Shown here one piece after another: positions 25,819-37,160 of a DNA stretch of 64,000 nucleotides. Every line of letters starts with the position of its first letter. The stretch's first letter is position 1. Source of the stretch: Octopus bimaculoides (taxonomy: Eukaryota); assembly GCF_001194135.2 (NCBI RefSeq), contig NC_068984.1, forward strand, positions 73,633,390-73,697,389, given 5' to 3'. Made by a program: the position numbers and the translations under genes. The notes below the pieces were generated by a model. The model was given only the letters and a program-made list of their open reading frames with translations. It did no database searches and was not told the DNA's origin.

Positions 25819-28394
25819 GTAAGCAATATTTCTTTATTATTTTATTACTATTGCTAGCCTCAGTCATTTAACTGAGGCCTTGCTGGAGCACTCCCTTCAA
25901 GAAGTTTAGTCAATTATGTTGACACCAGTATATATTACAGACTGATATTACATATCAGACTGTAATATGTAATATTGATCAATAAAAAGCAAGCACATGT
26001 TAAACTATGTATTTAGCTCAGGGGAGTACTAACTGATATTACATAGTAAGATGTTACAGTCTGATATATATTTCTCATTCTCTATTTATCAAATAGTCAA
26101 TTCATATTTTCACGTAATAGTCTTACAGTACTAAAGATAAACATTCCACAGATATACATATATATGTGCACACATAAATATATGTGTAGCTGTTTGTATA
26201 TCCAAATGTATGTATGTCTGTATGTATGTATGTAAATATGTATGTGTGTATGTATGTATGTATGTATAGATTAACATTAAAAATGAAAGAATCAAAACAT
26301 TTGGCATAGCTTGAAAAGAAAGAATTTAATTTAGATAGGGAATATAAATATATAGTGTTTCTTACAGTTATTTCTAGAATAGCCAAAGCATGTGGATCAT
26401 GATATTCTTTTCTTTTTTCGACTCAAGGCACAAGACCCGAAATTTTGGGGGAGTGGGGGGGCAGTCAATTAGATTGACCCCAGTATGCAACTGGTACTTA
26501 ATTTATTGATCCCGAAAGGATGAAATGCAAAGTCGACCTCGGCAGAATTTGAACTCAGAACGTAAATACAGATGAAATACTGCTAAGCATTTCTCCCAGC
26601 ATGCTAATGTTTCTGCCAGCTCTCCACCTTATATTTTAAGATATTCTTTTCTACTCTAGGCACAAAGCCAGTTCTTCGCCTTGTGTGGATCATATTTAGT
26701 AAGGATTCGATAAGCTGAATCATGTATGTGTGTATGTATGTAGGTCATATATACTAAGGGGGACTAAGGTGTGTTTGTTTGTATGAGTGTGTGTGTATGA
26801 ATGTTGACACCACAGATTCGTTTGTGCCAAACAGTGGTGCTTACACATCTTGTCGACATCATGAGTGGTTGCATGAAGGTGGCAAGCTGGCGGAATCGTT
26901 TGCACACCAGGCAAGATGTTTAGCAGCATTTCATCCATGTTTATGTTCTGAGTTCAAGTTCCGTTCCGGCTGACTCTGCCTTTCATCCTTTCAGTGTTGA
27001 TAAAACACATACCAGTTGAGTACTGGGGTTGATGAAATCAACTTACCTCCTTCCCTGAAATTGCTGGTCTTAAGCCAAAATTTGAAATCATGAGGGGTAG
27101 CATTGCACTTTCAAAGATCAGTTAAATATAAATTCATTATTTTTAAAATAGATAAACGTTGGTGACAGGAAATGCATCCAACTGTAAAATAAGGCATCTA
27201 ATACATCCCTCTCCAACCCATGTTTGCAGAGATATATTTACTGGAAGCAAAACACATTCTGACTAAGCTTATTTAAGACATTATGTCACATAATGTTTGA
27301 AATATATTTAACAGGAGAAGGCAGCAGGCTAGCAGAAACGGTAGCACGTTGGGCAAAATGCTTAGCGGTATTTTGTCTGTATTTATGCTCTGAGTTCAAA
27401 TTCTGCCAAGGTTGACTTTGTCTTTCATTCTTTCGGAGTCATACTGGGGACCTTCTAATCGACTGGCCCCCTCCACCAAAATTTCAGGCCTTGTTCCTAG
27501 AGTAGAAAAGAATATATTTAACAGTAGGCTAGGACTTAGAACTGTGATATTAGCCTACCTGATAAATATAACTGGTACTCCATTGGTTATGAAGATGAAG
27601 GTTCCAGTTGGTCTGACCAATGGGATAGCCTGCTCGTGAAATTAATGTGCAAGTGGCTGAGCATTCCACAGACACAACTAACCTTAATGTAGTCCTCTGT
27701 GAGATTTAGTGTGACACAGAATTTGACAAGGCTGGCCTTTTGAAATACAGACACTATTCATTTTTGCCAACTGAGTGGACTGGAGCAACAAAAAATAAAG
27801 TGTCTTGCTCAAAGATACAACACGCCACCAGGAATTGAACTCATGACTTTACAATCAAGAGCTGAATACCCAAAACACTAAGCCACATGCCTTCATATCT
27901 GATGAATATAGAGTTAAACAACTCAGACAAACTGCACCAAGGAAGCACATGTTAAACTATATATTTAGCTCAGGGAAGTACTAATCATGCTTCTGCCGAT
28001 AAAACTTGCAACTTGCTTCATGAAACGACCTCAATAAATGCTGCAGTGGTAACTGGATGATGTTGGCTTTATAAGCACACAATATAACCTCTGAGTGATT
28101 GAATTACCATTTCAAATTGAAGTACAAGTAGTTTTGTTAAATAAAGCTATAGTAGACCATTTTATGGTCCTATTGAAGGATTTTCTAACTTCTCCTTCCC
28201 ATCCACCTCCTCTCCCCATCCTCCTCCTTTCCTCTTTCTCCCCATCCCCTTTCTCCCTTCTTCATCTTCCTATTGTTGCTGCTGCTGATGCTACTGCTGA
28301 TGATGATGATTTTGCTGCTGTTTATACCCAGCTCTGCCCTAATACAGCTGACCTATGATCAATGGTATCACAGTTTTAAATATCTATCTATATT

Positions 28395-28669
28395 GGCTCC
28401 TGTGCAGGTGGCACGTAAAATACACCATTTTGAGCGTAGCCGTTGCCAGTACCCACTGACTGGCCTTCGTGCCGGTGGCACGTAAAAGCACCCACAACAC
28501 TCTCAGAGTACTTGGCGTTAGGAAGGGCATCCAGCTGTAGAAACTCTGCCAAATCAGATTGGAGCCTGGTGTAGCCATCTGGTTTTCACCAGTCTTCAGT
28601 CAAATCGTCCAATCCATGCTAGCATGGAAAGCGGACGTTAAACGATGATGATGATGATGATGATGATGA
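28395..28669 (+). mobile_element. RTE-related repeat, family D, with (GAT)n tail
   Basis: ggcacgtaaaagcacc..ggcgttaggaagggcatccagctgtagaaac..catgctagcatggaaagcggacgttaaac(gat)n. Copies at about 13920-14240 (-), 17495-17935 (+), 19200-19390 (-), 55600-55830 (-), 60675-61035 (+), 61950-62130 (+) and 63433-64000 (-). Confidence 0.8.
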
Positions 28670-30277
28670 TTATCAGAGACCTACATTATTCGGTGTAACT
28701 TTTATATTAAATAGTAGAGTTTCAATACAAGAGAAATTTCAAAGCAAATAATCAGTCATAATTTCTGCCTGCTATCAACATTTTCGGATATTGGTGCAGC
28801 AGTGGATGTGTTGTTAAGAAGCTTGCTTCCTGACCATGTTGTCCTGGGTTCAGTCTCACTGAACTGCACCTTAGGCAGTTGTCTTTCGTCTACTATAGCC
28901 TCAGACTGACAAAAGCTTTATGCGTGGTTTTGCTAGACAGATACAGAAAGATGACCGTCGTGTATGTGTGTGTGTGTGTGTGTGTATACATACATATAAA
29001 TATACACGCATGTGTATGTGTCTAAGTGTTTGACCCCCCGTCACTAAAGGATGGCCGGAGCTAGTTTGTTGATGTCCCCGTATGTGTGTGTGTTTGTGTT
29101 TGTGTGTGTGTGTGTGTACATATAAATATATACGCATATGTATGTGTCTAAGTGTTTGCCCCCCCCCCATCACTAAAGGATGACCGGAGCTAGTTTGTTG
29201 ATGTCCCCATAAACAGACTCATAGAATAAGTACCCAGCTTAAATATAAGTACTAGGGTCGATTTGTTCGACTAAATCCTCCAAGGCGGTGGCGCCGCATG
29301 GCTGCAGTCCAAAGACTGAAGCATATAAATAACCAAGAAGATGAATACATTTAATTTATAGTGATCCTGAGTAAGAGATATAAGTTCTTTGAAAGATAGC
29401 TAAATTTAATGTAAAACAAACTGTGCTCAGAACATAAAAGGGAACTAAATACCCGCAGAACTTTATATTCCGCCCTATCTATCAACCCCTCCGATCTTCC
29501 TAAACAAAAATTGCAGTTTGTTTTCATTTCTCATTTCATCGACATTGTCAAGGAAGTAGCGTAACTCTAGCGATTCCTTTATAGAGTTACCTCCCTTAAC
29601 ACATTTTTTTTTCAGTTCCTTTGCTGGTTAATACTGTAAAAAAAAACGTTCTATTTCTTTATTTCTATTATCTTTCTCTGTATTATATTTGTTTTGTTTC
29701 ATTTTCAGTGAGTTTTCTCATTAGAGATTTTCTCTCAAAACACAATTTCTCACCGCGTTTGTGTGTGTGTGTGTGTCTTCAGCGGACGTAGGAGTATTAT
29801 ATACGGGTATACTTGTACTTAGTTGACCTGATAATTATTTATTTATTAATTTTTTTTTTTGCTTCAGTCGTTACGTCTATACGTTAATAGATACTCCATT
29901 ATTTCCACAAATATCCCTCTCTGTATATATATATCATAAACCGCCTTTTTGTGTATGTTTTCTTTCATCGAATTGTGTTGGATATAAACTCAGAACACAA
30001 AGAGACAAGTAATAAAATAGCTCCGAGCATTTTGTCCGCTCTACCCTTTCTCCAATCCCTCATAATATTGGTTTCAAATTTTGGAGGAGGTAAGTCGATT
30101 ATTTCGACCCCAGTGCTCCACCGGTACTTATTTTATCGACTCCGAAAGAATGAAGGGTAAAGACGACCTTGGCGAAAATTAAACTCAAAACGAAGACGAA
30201 CGAGGAAGGAATTTCAACCATGTTTCGTGGTCTGCTACCACAACAGCTCCTTTATAGGATCCAGTTAGCTCAAGACA

Positions 30278-30336
30278 TCATCAGGAGGAACCACGTCCAG
30301 TTTCGGGCCCCTACTCCTCTACCGTTTTGACGTGGC
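30278..30336 (-). ncRNA. Permuted hammerhead-like motif, copy 1 (LINE 3' UTR)
   Basis: GCCACGTC AAAA CGG TA^ GAGGAG TA GGGGCCC GAAA CTG GACGTGG TTCCTC CTGATGA; P1 and P3 pair, P2 is weak. Confidence 0.5.
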
Positions 30337-30732
30337 GGGGCCACCCCCTTTCGGAGGTGTCTTCANNNNNNNNNNNNNNNNNNNNNNNNNNNNNNNNNNN
30401 NNNNNNNNNNNNNNNNNNNNNNNNNNNNNNNNNNNNNNNNNNNNNNNNNNNNNNNNNNNNNNNNNNNNNNNNNNNNNNNNNNNNNNNNNNNNNNNNNNNN
30501 NNNNNNNNNNNNNNNNNNNNNNNNNNNNNNNNNNNNNNNNNNNNNNNNNNNNNNNNNNNNNNNATGTCTTCTTTCACTGTTTGTTCTAATTCAACTGTGG
30601 AATGTCCCTCGCTATGGTTATTTTCCAGGAGGTTCTGGCCACACGTCTTACGGTTCATCAACCCGCGTTGTTAAATTACTTTCTTCCGACATACCTTCCC
30701 TTGGTGGATTCGGATCCAGTTAGCTGAAGACA

Positions 30733-30790
30733 TCATCAGGAGGAACCACGTCCGGTTTCGGCCCCTACTCCTCTACCGTTTTGACGTGGC
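30733..30790 (-). ncRNA. Permuted hammerhead-like motif, copy 2 (LINE 3' UTR)
   Basis: GCCACGTC AAAA CGG TA^ GAGGAG TA GGGGCC GAAA CCG GACGTGG TTCCTC CTGATGA; P1 6 bp, P3 4 bp plus a 7-bp extension, core intact. Confidence 0.55.
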
Positions 30791-30927
30791 GCCCCCCCAT
30801 TTCGGAGGTGTCTTCAGCTCTGGTGTTGGGTGCATGTCTTCTTTCTTCTATTCCCTGGCCTCTTCGATGTAGCATCAACGAGTGTCAGCGTCCGACTGAT
30901 TGTCATGTCAAATTCCCCTTTTTATAC

Positions 30928-31080
30928 CTGCTGCTAAGCTCCAGCAAGTTGTCACGTTACTCTGTCTAAATTTCCCGCTGCTAGGGTCCAGTAGGCAGCA
31001 CCAGCAAGTTGTCACATGACACTGATTAAACTTCCCGCTGCTAAGCTCCAGCAAGTTGTCACATGACACTGTCTAAACTT
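30928..31080. repeat. Three ~50-bp tandem units in the LINE 3' UTR
   Basis: (gctgctaagctccagcaagttgtcacatgacactgtctaaacttccc)-like unit x3. Confidence 0.85.
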
Positions 31081-34000
31081 TAACTGACAATGGAGGGCGC
31101 GAAGCCACTTCAGTGTCAGCCTGTCTCACCTAGGCATGTTATGACTTTCAAGCCATATTTGGTCTTACCGCTTCAGCCATATATAGAAGCTGGCTTTTTC
31201 GACCGCCTCCTGTATCCTCCTTATCAGTTTTCTCAGTTCCGAGTTTCAAAACGCAAATCTTCTCTTGAATAGCGCTGTCATTTTCCTTTCAATGAAGCCT
31301 CTAGCCCCCACTGCCAGATGGTAGTACTCGACANNNNNNNNNNNNNNNNNNNNNNNNNNNNNNNNNNNNNNNNNNNNNNNNNNNNNNNNNNNNNNNNNNN
31401 NNNNNNNNNNNNNNNNNNNNNNNNNNNNNNNNNNNNNNNNNNNNNNNNNNNNNNNNNNNNNNNNNNNNNNNNNNNNNNNNNNNNNNNNNNNNNNNNNNNN
31501 NNNNNNNNNNNNNNNNNNNNNNNNNNNNNNNNNNNNNNNNNNNNNNNNNNNNNNNNNNNNNNNNNNNNNNNNNNNNNNNNNNNNNNNNNNNNNNNNNNNN
31601 NNNNNNNNNNNNNNNNNNNNNNNNNNNNNNNNNNNNNNNNNNNNNNNNNNNNNNNNNNNNNNNNNNNNNNNNNNNNNNNNNNNNNNNNNNNNNNNNNNNN
31701 NNNNNNNNNNNNNNNNNNNNNNNNNNNNNNNNNNNNNNNNNNNNNNNNNNNNNNNNNNNNNNNNNNNNNNNNNNNNNNNNNNNNNNNNNNNNNNNNNNNN
31801 NNNNNNNNNNNNNNNNNNNNNNNNNNNNNNNNNNNNNNNNNNNNNNNNNNNNNNNNNNNNNNNNNNNNNNNNNNNNNNNNNNNNNNNNNNNNNNNNNNNN
31901 NNNNNNNNNNNNNNNNNNNNNNNNNNNNNNNNNNNNNNNNNNNNNNNNNNNNNNNNNNNNNNNNNNNNNNNNNNNNNNNNNNNNNNNNNNNNNNNNNNNN
32001 NNNNNNNNNNNNNNNNNNNNNNNNNNNNNNNNNNNNNNNNNNNNNNNNNNNNNNNNNNNNNNNNNNNNNNNNNNNNNNNNNNNNNNNNNNNNNNNNNNNN
32101 NNNNNNNNNNNNNNNNNNNNNNNNNNNNNNNNNNNNNNNNNNNNNNNNNNNNNNNNNNNNNNNNNNNNNNNNNNNNNNNNNNNNNNNNNNNNNNNNNNNN
32201 NNNNNNNNNNNNNNNNNNNNNNNNNNNNNNNNNNNNNNNNNNNNNNNNNNNNNNNNNNNNNNNNNNNNNNNNNNNNNNNNNNNNNNNNNNNNNNNNNNNN
32301 NNNNNNNNNNNNNAACACACTGCATCTTTGTTCTATCCTTTCTACTCTACTCGAGGCTATTTCGTACATTTGCAATGGCCACATTATCCTTGGGTACAGT
32401 CCAAATTGCAGTATCCAACATTTGAATTTTCCCGGCAGTGTTGTTCTGTCAATTGCCTTTAATCCTTGTTCTACTAACTCGTGTGTCTCTTTCCCTTGCT
32501 TCTTATCATTTAATAAGTCTCTATACCATCTGCTGAGACTCTTTACTGGTTGTTCTTTCACCGTTGGTATGTCTTCACCTCCTATCCTGAATTTCACTTC
32601 TTCTTGCACTCCTTTCACGAAAGCCACGCTTCGAGATTTTTTGGCTTTAAATTTCATTCTTGCCCATCCTATCAGTTCACCCAACCGCTCTAACGTTCCC
32701 TCTGCTGCTTCTCTACTTTCCGATAGTAGACGCTAAGGATTTTGCCTGACGTGATAATTATTCTGCCAGCCTGCCACCTTAATCTTTCATAATTCTCTAT
32801 CTAATATATTTGGTAAGATATTTAAGAAGAGTGGACTAGTCAATTAGATCGACCACACTGTAACGAAATGTAGCGAAATGCCGCTAAACATTTCGTTCAG
32901 CGTGCTAGCGATTCTGCCAGCTCGCCTCCAGTTTCTAGCACGTGAATAAATGGCCTTATATTTTTGCGTAGGAATATAGCCGAGTATATCTAGTTTGTTA
33001 CATAATTTGTTCTCATCTTATCGACGCTCTGCTTCCTGACATCGTAATTTGAACACAGAACGTGAAGCAATTTCGCTAAATATTGTAATTAACATGGTCC
33101 GGCATTATAATGATTTTATCAATTGCCGTTCACATAGTCAATTTAAAATGTTCAGGAGGAAGTAACTCAGAGAATATGTACATAATTACCTCCCTTACGT
33201 TGTTATTCCCCTTTTTTCCGTCACTTGGATTTTTTTTTTCTTTGTACTTTTTAATGCCAATAGCCATGGATATTCTTAGAAATTGGTGAGTGTCCGCAAC
33301 GGTTGTAAAAACCGAAATACTAAGTGTCAATAAGACCATAACTGAACTTCGGTCCCACTTGAATTTGTTGACTCGTTACTTTTTTAACACATTTTAAAAA
33401 TGAAATTTTTGCAGATATGGATCTTTGAATGTATAAATCAAGATTTTGTCGTTGGTATTTTTTCTGAAACTTTTTAATTTAGAAAGAGGGGAAAATCCAT
33501 ACCTTTTCAATCTTTCAGTAACTTGCTCTTATCATTGTACAACAAAATTCTCCTTAATTTTGGTACAAGGCTACTAGTTTTGAGGAGTAGAAGCAAACAT
33601 TGACCTCAGTAGATGGCTGGTTCTTAAATTATTGACTTCAAAAGATGAAAAGCAAAGTTGACATCGGTGTAATTTGAGCTCAAAACGTAAACAGCCAGAA
33701 GAAATGTCACTAAGCATTTTGTCCAACATGCTAATAATTCTGCCAGCTTGCTGTCTTTCATTTGTACAAGATAATGATATGAGATGTGACATACAAAACT
33801 CATTGCAGTATATCACCCAGAATATATCTGACCTCTCTTGTAATAAGCTAATTCTTTAATACTTAAATTATCAAATACTTCAGATATTTATTGTATAAGA
33901 TACAACATAAATTGAGATATTTTTTTTATCATACCTACAAATGACGTGTTTAGTAACAGAGTGTCCATAAGTGCTACCCCGGCTGTTTTCACGGTTTGTA

Positions 34001-35909
34001 TATCATTTTCTTTGTCTCGACGTCTAGAATCAAAAAAAGTTGGGAGGAAGAACTGCTGAGGCTTGCAATAAGGTCGAAAATCCAGCTGCAAAAAATGTTA
34101 CCCCGACGCTATTGACACGACGTTCGCTCACCCAAACTCGGACCAGAGAGTTTAGTAACACATCATTGTAAGCACACACACATTCGATCAATAACTTTGA
34201 TGTGGTCCCTGTATCATTTTTTGAGGTGCTATGGCTCATTTTCTAATATTCCTTCTTACCATCGTTACAATAATGGGCTATTATCTTACTATCTTGTCTT
34301 ACCTCTTAAAGATACTTACCTTGGCATATTAAAACACAAGCAAAACCTTTGTGGGGTTTCTGTATGTTTTTTCTAGCTATTATGGCTAAAATATACAATG
34401 CAGTACACCGTTTCTTAGTACCGCTATATTCTACAAAATGAGAAAGACGCAGTCATTGTGTCATCTTTGAGAGGCATTCATAAATAAATCGTTTTAGGTG
34501 GAATAATTAGAGGAGGTCTTCACGCTCATTTTAACATAAAAACCAGCTTCCTAACTTCATTCCCTGCCAAGATATTGCATTCTGAAAGTCACAAAACTTT
34601 GACTGCCTTTTTCTGTTTTGAAGTTGTGGTGCTTAGGATGGTCTGTTACTAAATGCCTCAAATGTTGTGTTGAAGATTATTGATAAATCAACCAGGATAA
34701 TGTCATATATTTTTTTATGTTGTGCAATGATCATAATTAAGTTATTGAATTGTTTAAATTGTATGGACGTTTTTGCTTTCTCAATAAGAAAAAATTTAAA
34801 TTTGGAAAACAGGAACATAATCATCAGCAGCACCTTGAAAGACATTTCCCTGCAAAATTTTCATTAAAATATGGATTAAGAAAGTTACATGGAAAGGAAA
34901 TTGATAGAATAGGCACCAAACCCTCAGTAGATTTGGTTGTAGTGGGGACCAAATAAAACCTGACACTTCTGATACAACTCATTTGACACTGTGGTGTCAG
35001 ATAAAGTGTTGAAGGTTTGGTGTAATGAAAGAGAAGGTTTGAGCCTTTTCATAAAAATAAGAATCAAAATCTGAGACTAATTATATTCTAAGATTAAGTG
35101 AAGAAATGATGGAGATGGTAATTTGTGGTAAAGATTGTGCTGGTGGTTATAATGAAAGTTATAGAAGTGTTTATGATGGTGGGGAGTTGTAAAAATGTTT
35201 TGGAGTTGCAGTTATAACAGGTCCTATAAGAAGAGCTGGATTCAGTCAGTGCATATGTCTGGGGCCCACAGAACCAAGGAAGAACTTATGAATATCTCGT
35301 TAGAAAAATGTAAATAAAAATTCATGAATTTCTTTTATTTTTAAAAGAATCCTATTCCCACTTCCTGAAATCAGTTTTGTTTCAACTTGCAAAATTTCTG
35401 GGTGGCAGTAATAAAGATTTCTTTTAGAGCCCACTACTGAATGATTTAGAGGAACAGAAATTTGGTAGATCAGACTTAACAGAAGCATTAAAGAAGTTGA
35501 ATGTTATAGAAAATGGTTGTTAAGGACAGTGTCTATCAAATTTGAGATGTTGGAATGGAGTGCTAACAGGATTAGAGGAGTTTCCCTTGGGATTTAAGCA
35601 CACTATAGCATGTTTCCTATTAGAATGAAACCAGAGAGAGAGAGAGAGAGAGATTGAAGATTTTGAGCAAGGATAGGAATAACCTCTGAGGTTTATTGTT
35701 TGAGCATGATGGAATGACATTGTCAGCATTATTAACCTTGTTTGTTTGAAGTGACCAGTAGTTTTTTTTCTCACCCGTTGCTTTTATTTATACATAATGA
35801 TGAGACTAGTAGCATGGAACAGATTTGGAAAAGGTGGTAATCTGGAAAATTCCTGTGAGAAAATACTGCTTATAGAATCATCAGGACTGGGGAGTAGAAT
35901 GTTGACATA

Positions 35910-36076
35910 GGCGTAGGAGTGACTGTGTGGTAAGCAGCTTGCTTACCAACCACATGGTTCTGGGTTCAGTCCCAATGCGTGGCACCTTGGGCAAGTGTCT
36001 TCTACTATAGCCTCGGGCCGACCAAAGCCTTGTGAGTGGATTTGGTAGACGGAAACTGAAAGAAGCCCGTCGTATA

Positions 36077-36107
<31 letters not shown>

Positions 36108-36501
36108 NNNNNNNNNNNNNNNNNNNNNNNNNNNNNNNNNNNNNNNNNNNNNNNNNNNNNNNNNNNNNNNNNNNNNNNNNNNNNNNNNNNNNNNNNNNNN
36201 NNNNNNNNNNNNNNNNNNNNNNNNNNNNNNNNNNNNNNNNNNNNNNNNNNNNNNNNNNNNNNNNNNNNNNNNNNNNNNNNNNNNNNNNNNNNNNNNNNNN
36301 NNNNNNNNNNNNNNNNNNNNNNNNNNNNNNNNNNNNNNNNNNNNNNNNNNNNNNNNNNNNNNNNNNNNNNNNNNNNNNNNNNNNNNNNNNNNNNNNNNNN
36401 NNNNNNNNNNNNNNNNNNNNNNNNNNNNNNTCATACTAATATATACTTTTGTTATTTACACCACCTGTCCTCGTCTGTTGTTATTATTTGTATATTCTCC
36501 C

Positions 36502-36551
<50 letters not shown>

Positions 36552-36766
36552 TTGTGTGTCTGTGTTTGTCCCCCCAACATCGCTTGACAACCGATGCTGG
36601 TGTGTTTACGTCCCCGTAACTTAGCGGTTCGGCAAAAAGAGACCGATAGTATAAGTACTAGGCTTCCAAAGAATAAGTCCTGGCGTCGATTTGCTCGACT
36701 ATAAAGGCGGTGCTCCAGCATGGCCGCAGTCAAATGACTGAAACAAGTAAAAGAGTAAAAAGAGTA
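35910..36766 (+). mobile_element. tRNA-derived SINE, family B (internal (TA)/(TG) microsatellite, GTAAAAGA tail)
   Basis: Head ggcgtaggagtgactgtgtggtaag..ggttcagtcccaatgcg. Copies at 46730-47138 (+), 58113-58446 (-), about 58490-58870 (-), 41945-42305 (-), 28790-29330 (+), 10107-10270 (+, internally deleted), 10312-10452 (-), 18913-19076 (-) and 270-442 (-). Confidence 0.88.
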
Positions 36767-36929
36767 ATTCCGCAAGTTGATAGAGATTCTTTTGATATGG
36801 AACCAGAATGATCATTTATAGTTATGGACACAAGAGAACTTGAGGGCTGTACAGCTGAAACTTTACAAATTGCAACTCCTAGTTTAACATTCTAAAGATG
36901 TCTATTGAAAGTGTCAGTCATTTCACACA

Positions 36930-37160
36930 CAGTAATCCCTCAACTATCACAGATGTTACGTTCCAAACCCCTGCCCCCAACAATAGGTGAAAATCCATGA
37001 AATAGAAACAGTACTGTATATTTTTTTTATTATTTTTATAATTTTTATAATTTGTATATATTTATTTTATTATAAATGCAAAACAATACCACAGAGGAAT
37101 CGACGTAAGCTTAAATAATAAACCGCAATAGGTGGATCGCGATATGGCGAGGAATTACTG
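36930..37160. mobile_element. Tc1/mariner-superfamily (pogo/Tigger-like) MITE
   Basis: TIRs CAGTAATCCCTC.. / ..GAGGAATTACTG followed by TA. Confidence 0.65.

Larger units (their letters stand above)
30204..32729 (-). mobile_element. 5'-truncated R2-superfamily (RLE) LINE, HERO-like, inserted into a family C SINE
   Basis: RT C-terminal part LLSESREAAEGTLERLGELIGWARMKFKAKKSRS..IPTVKEQPVKSLSRWY..LPGKFKCWILQFGLYPRIMWPLQMYEI. RLE C-terminus YHLAVGARGF..KLIRRIQEAVEKASFYIWLKR (frameshifted, with a stop, ending about 31128). The host SINE breaks at 30203 and resumes at about 32730. The HERO assignment is from recalled motif similarity. Confidence 0.85.

Noticed and set aside
28440-28560. Possible HDV-like ribozyme in the RTE-related family D motif
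   Set aside because: I could not establish the nested double pseudoknot by eye; it needs a descriptor search.
31246-32736. Very long ORFs (339-472 aa) spanning 31334-32313
   Set aside because: Mostly N-gap read-through; only the flanks in the LINE frame are real.
33264-33287. Plus-strand AG..GT micro-exon candidate (22 nt, contains ATG)
   Set aside because: Not a multiple of 3 and incompatible with the phase-1 junction between exons 6 and 7; could only be non-coding.
34850-35860. Possible highly decayed LINE endonuclease region
   Set aside because: Only hints of motifs; too degenerate to support.
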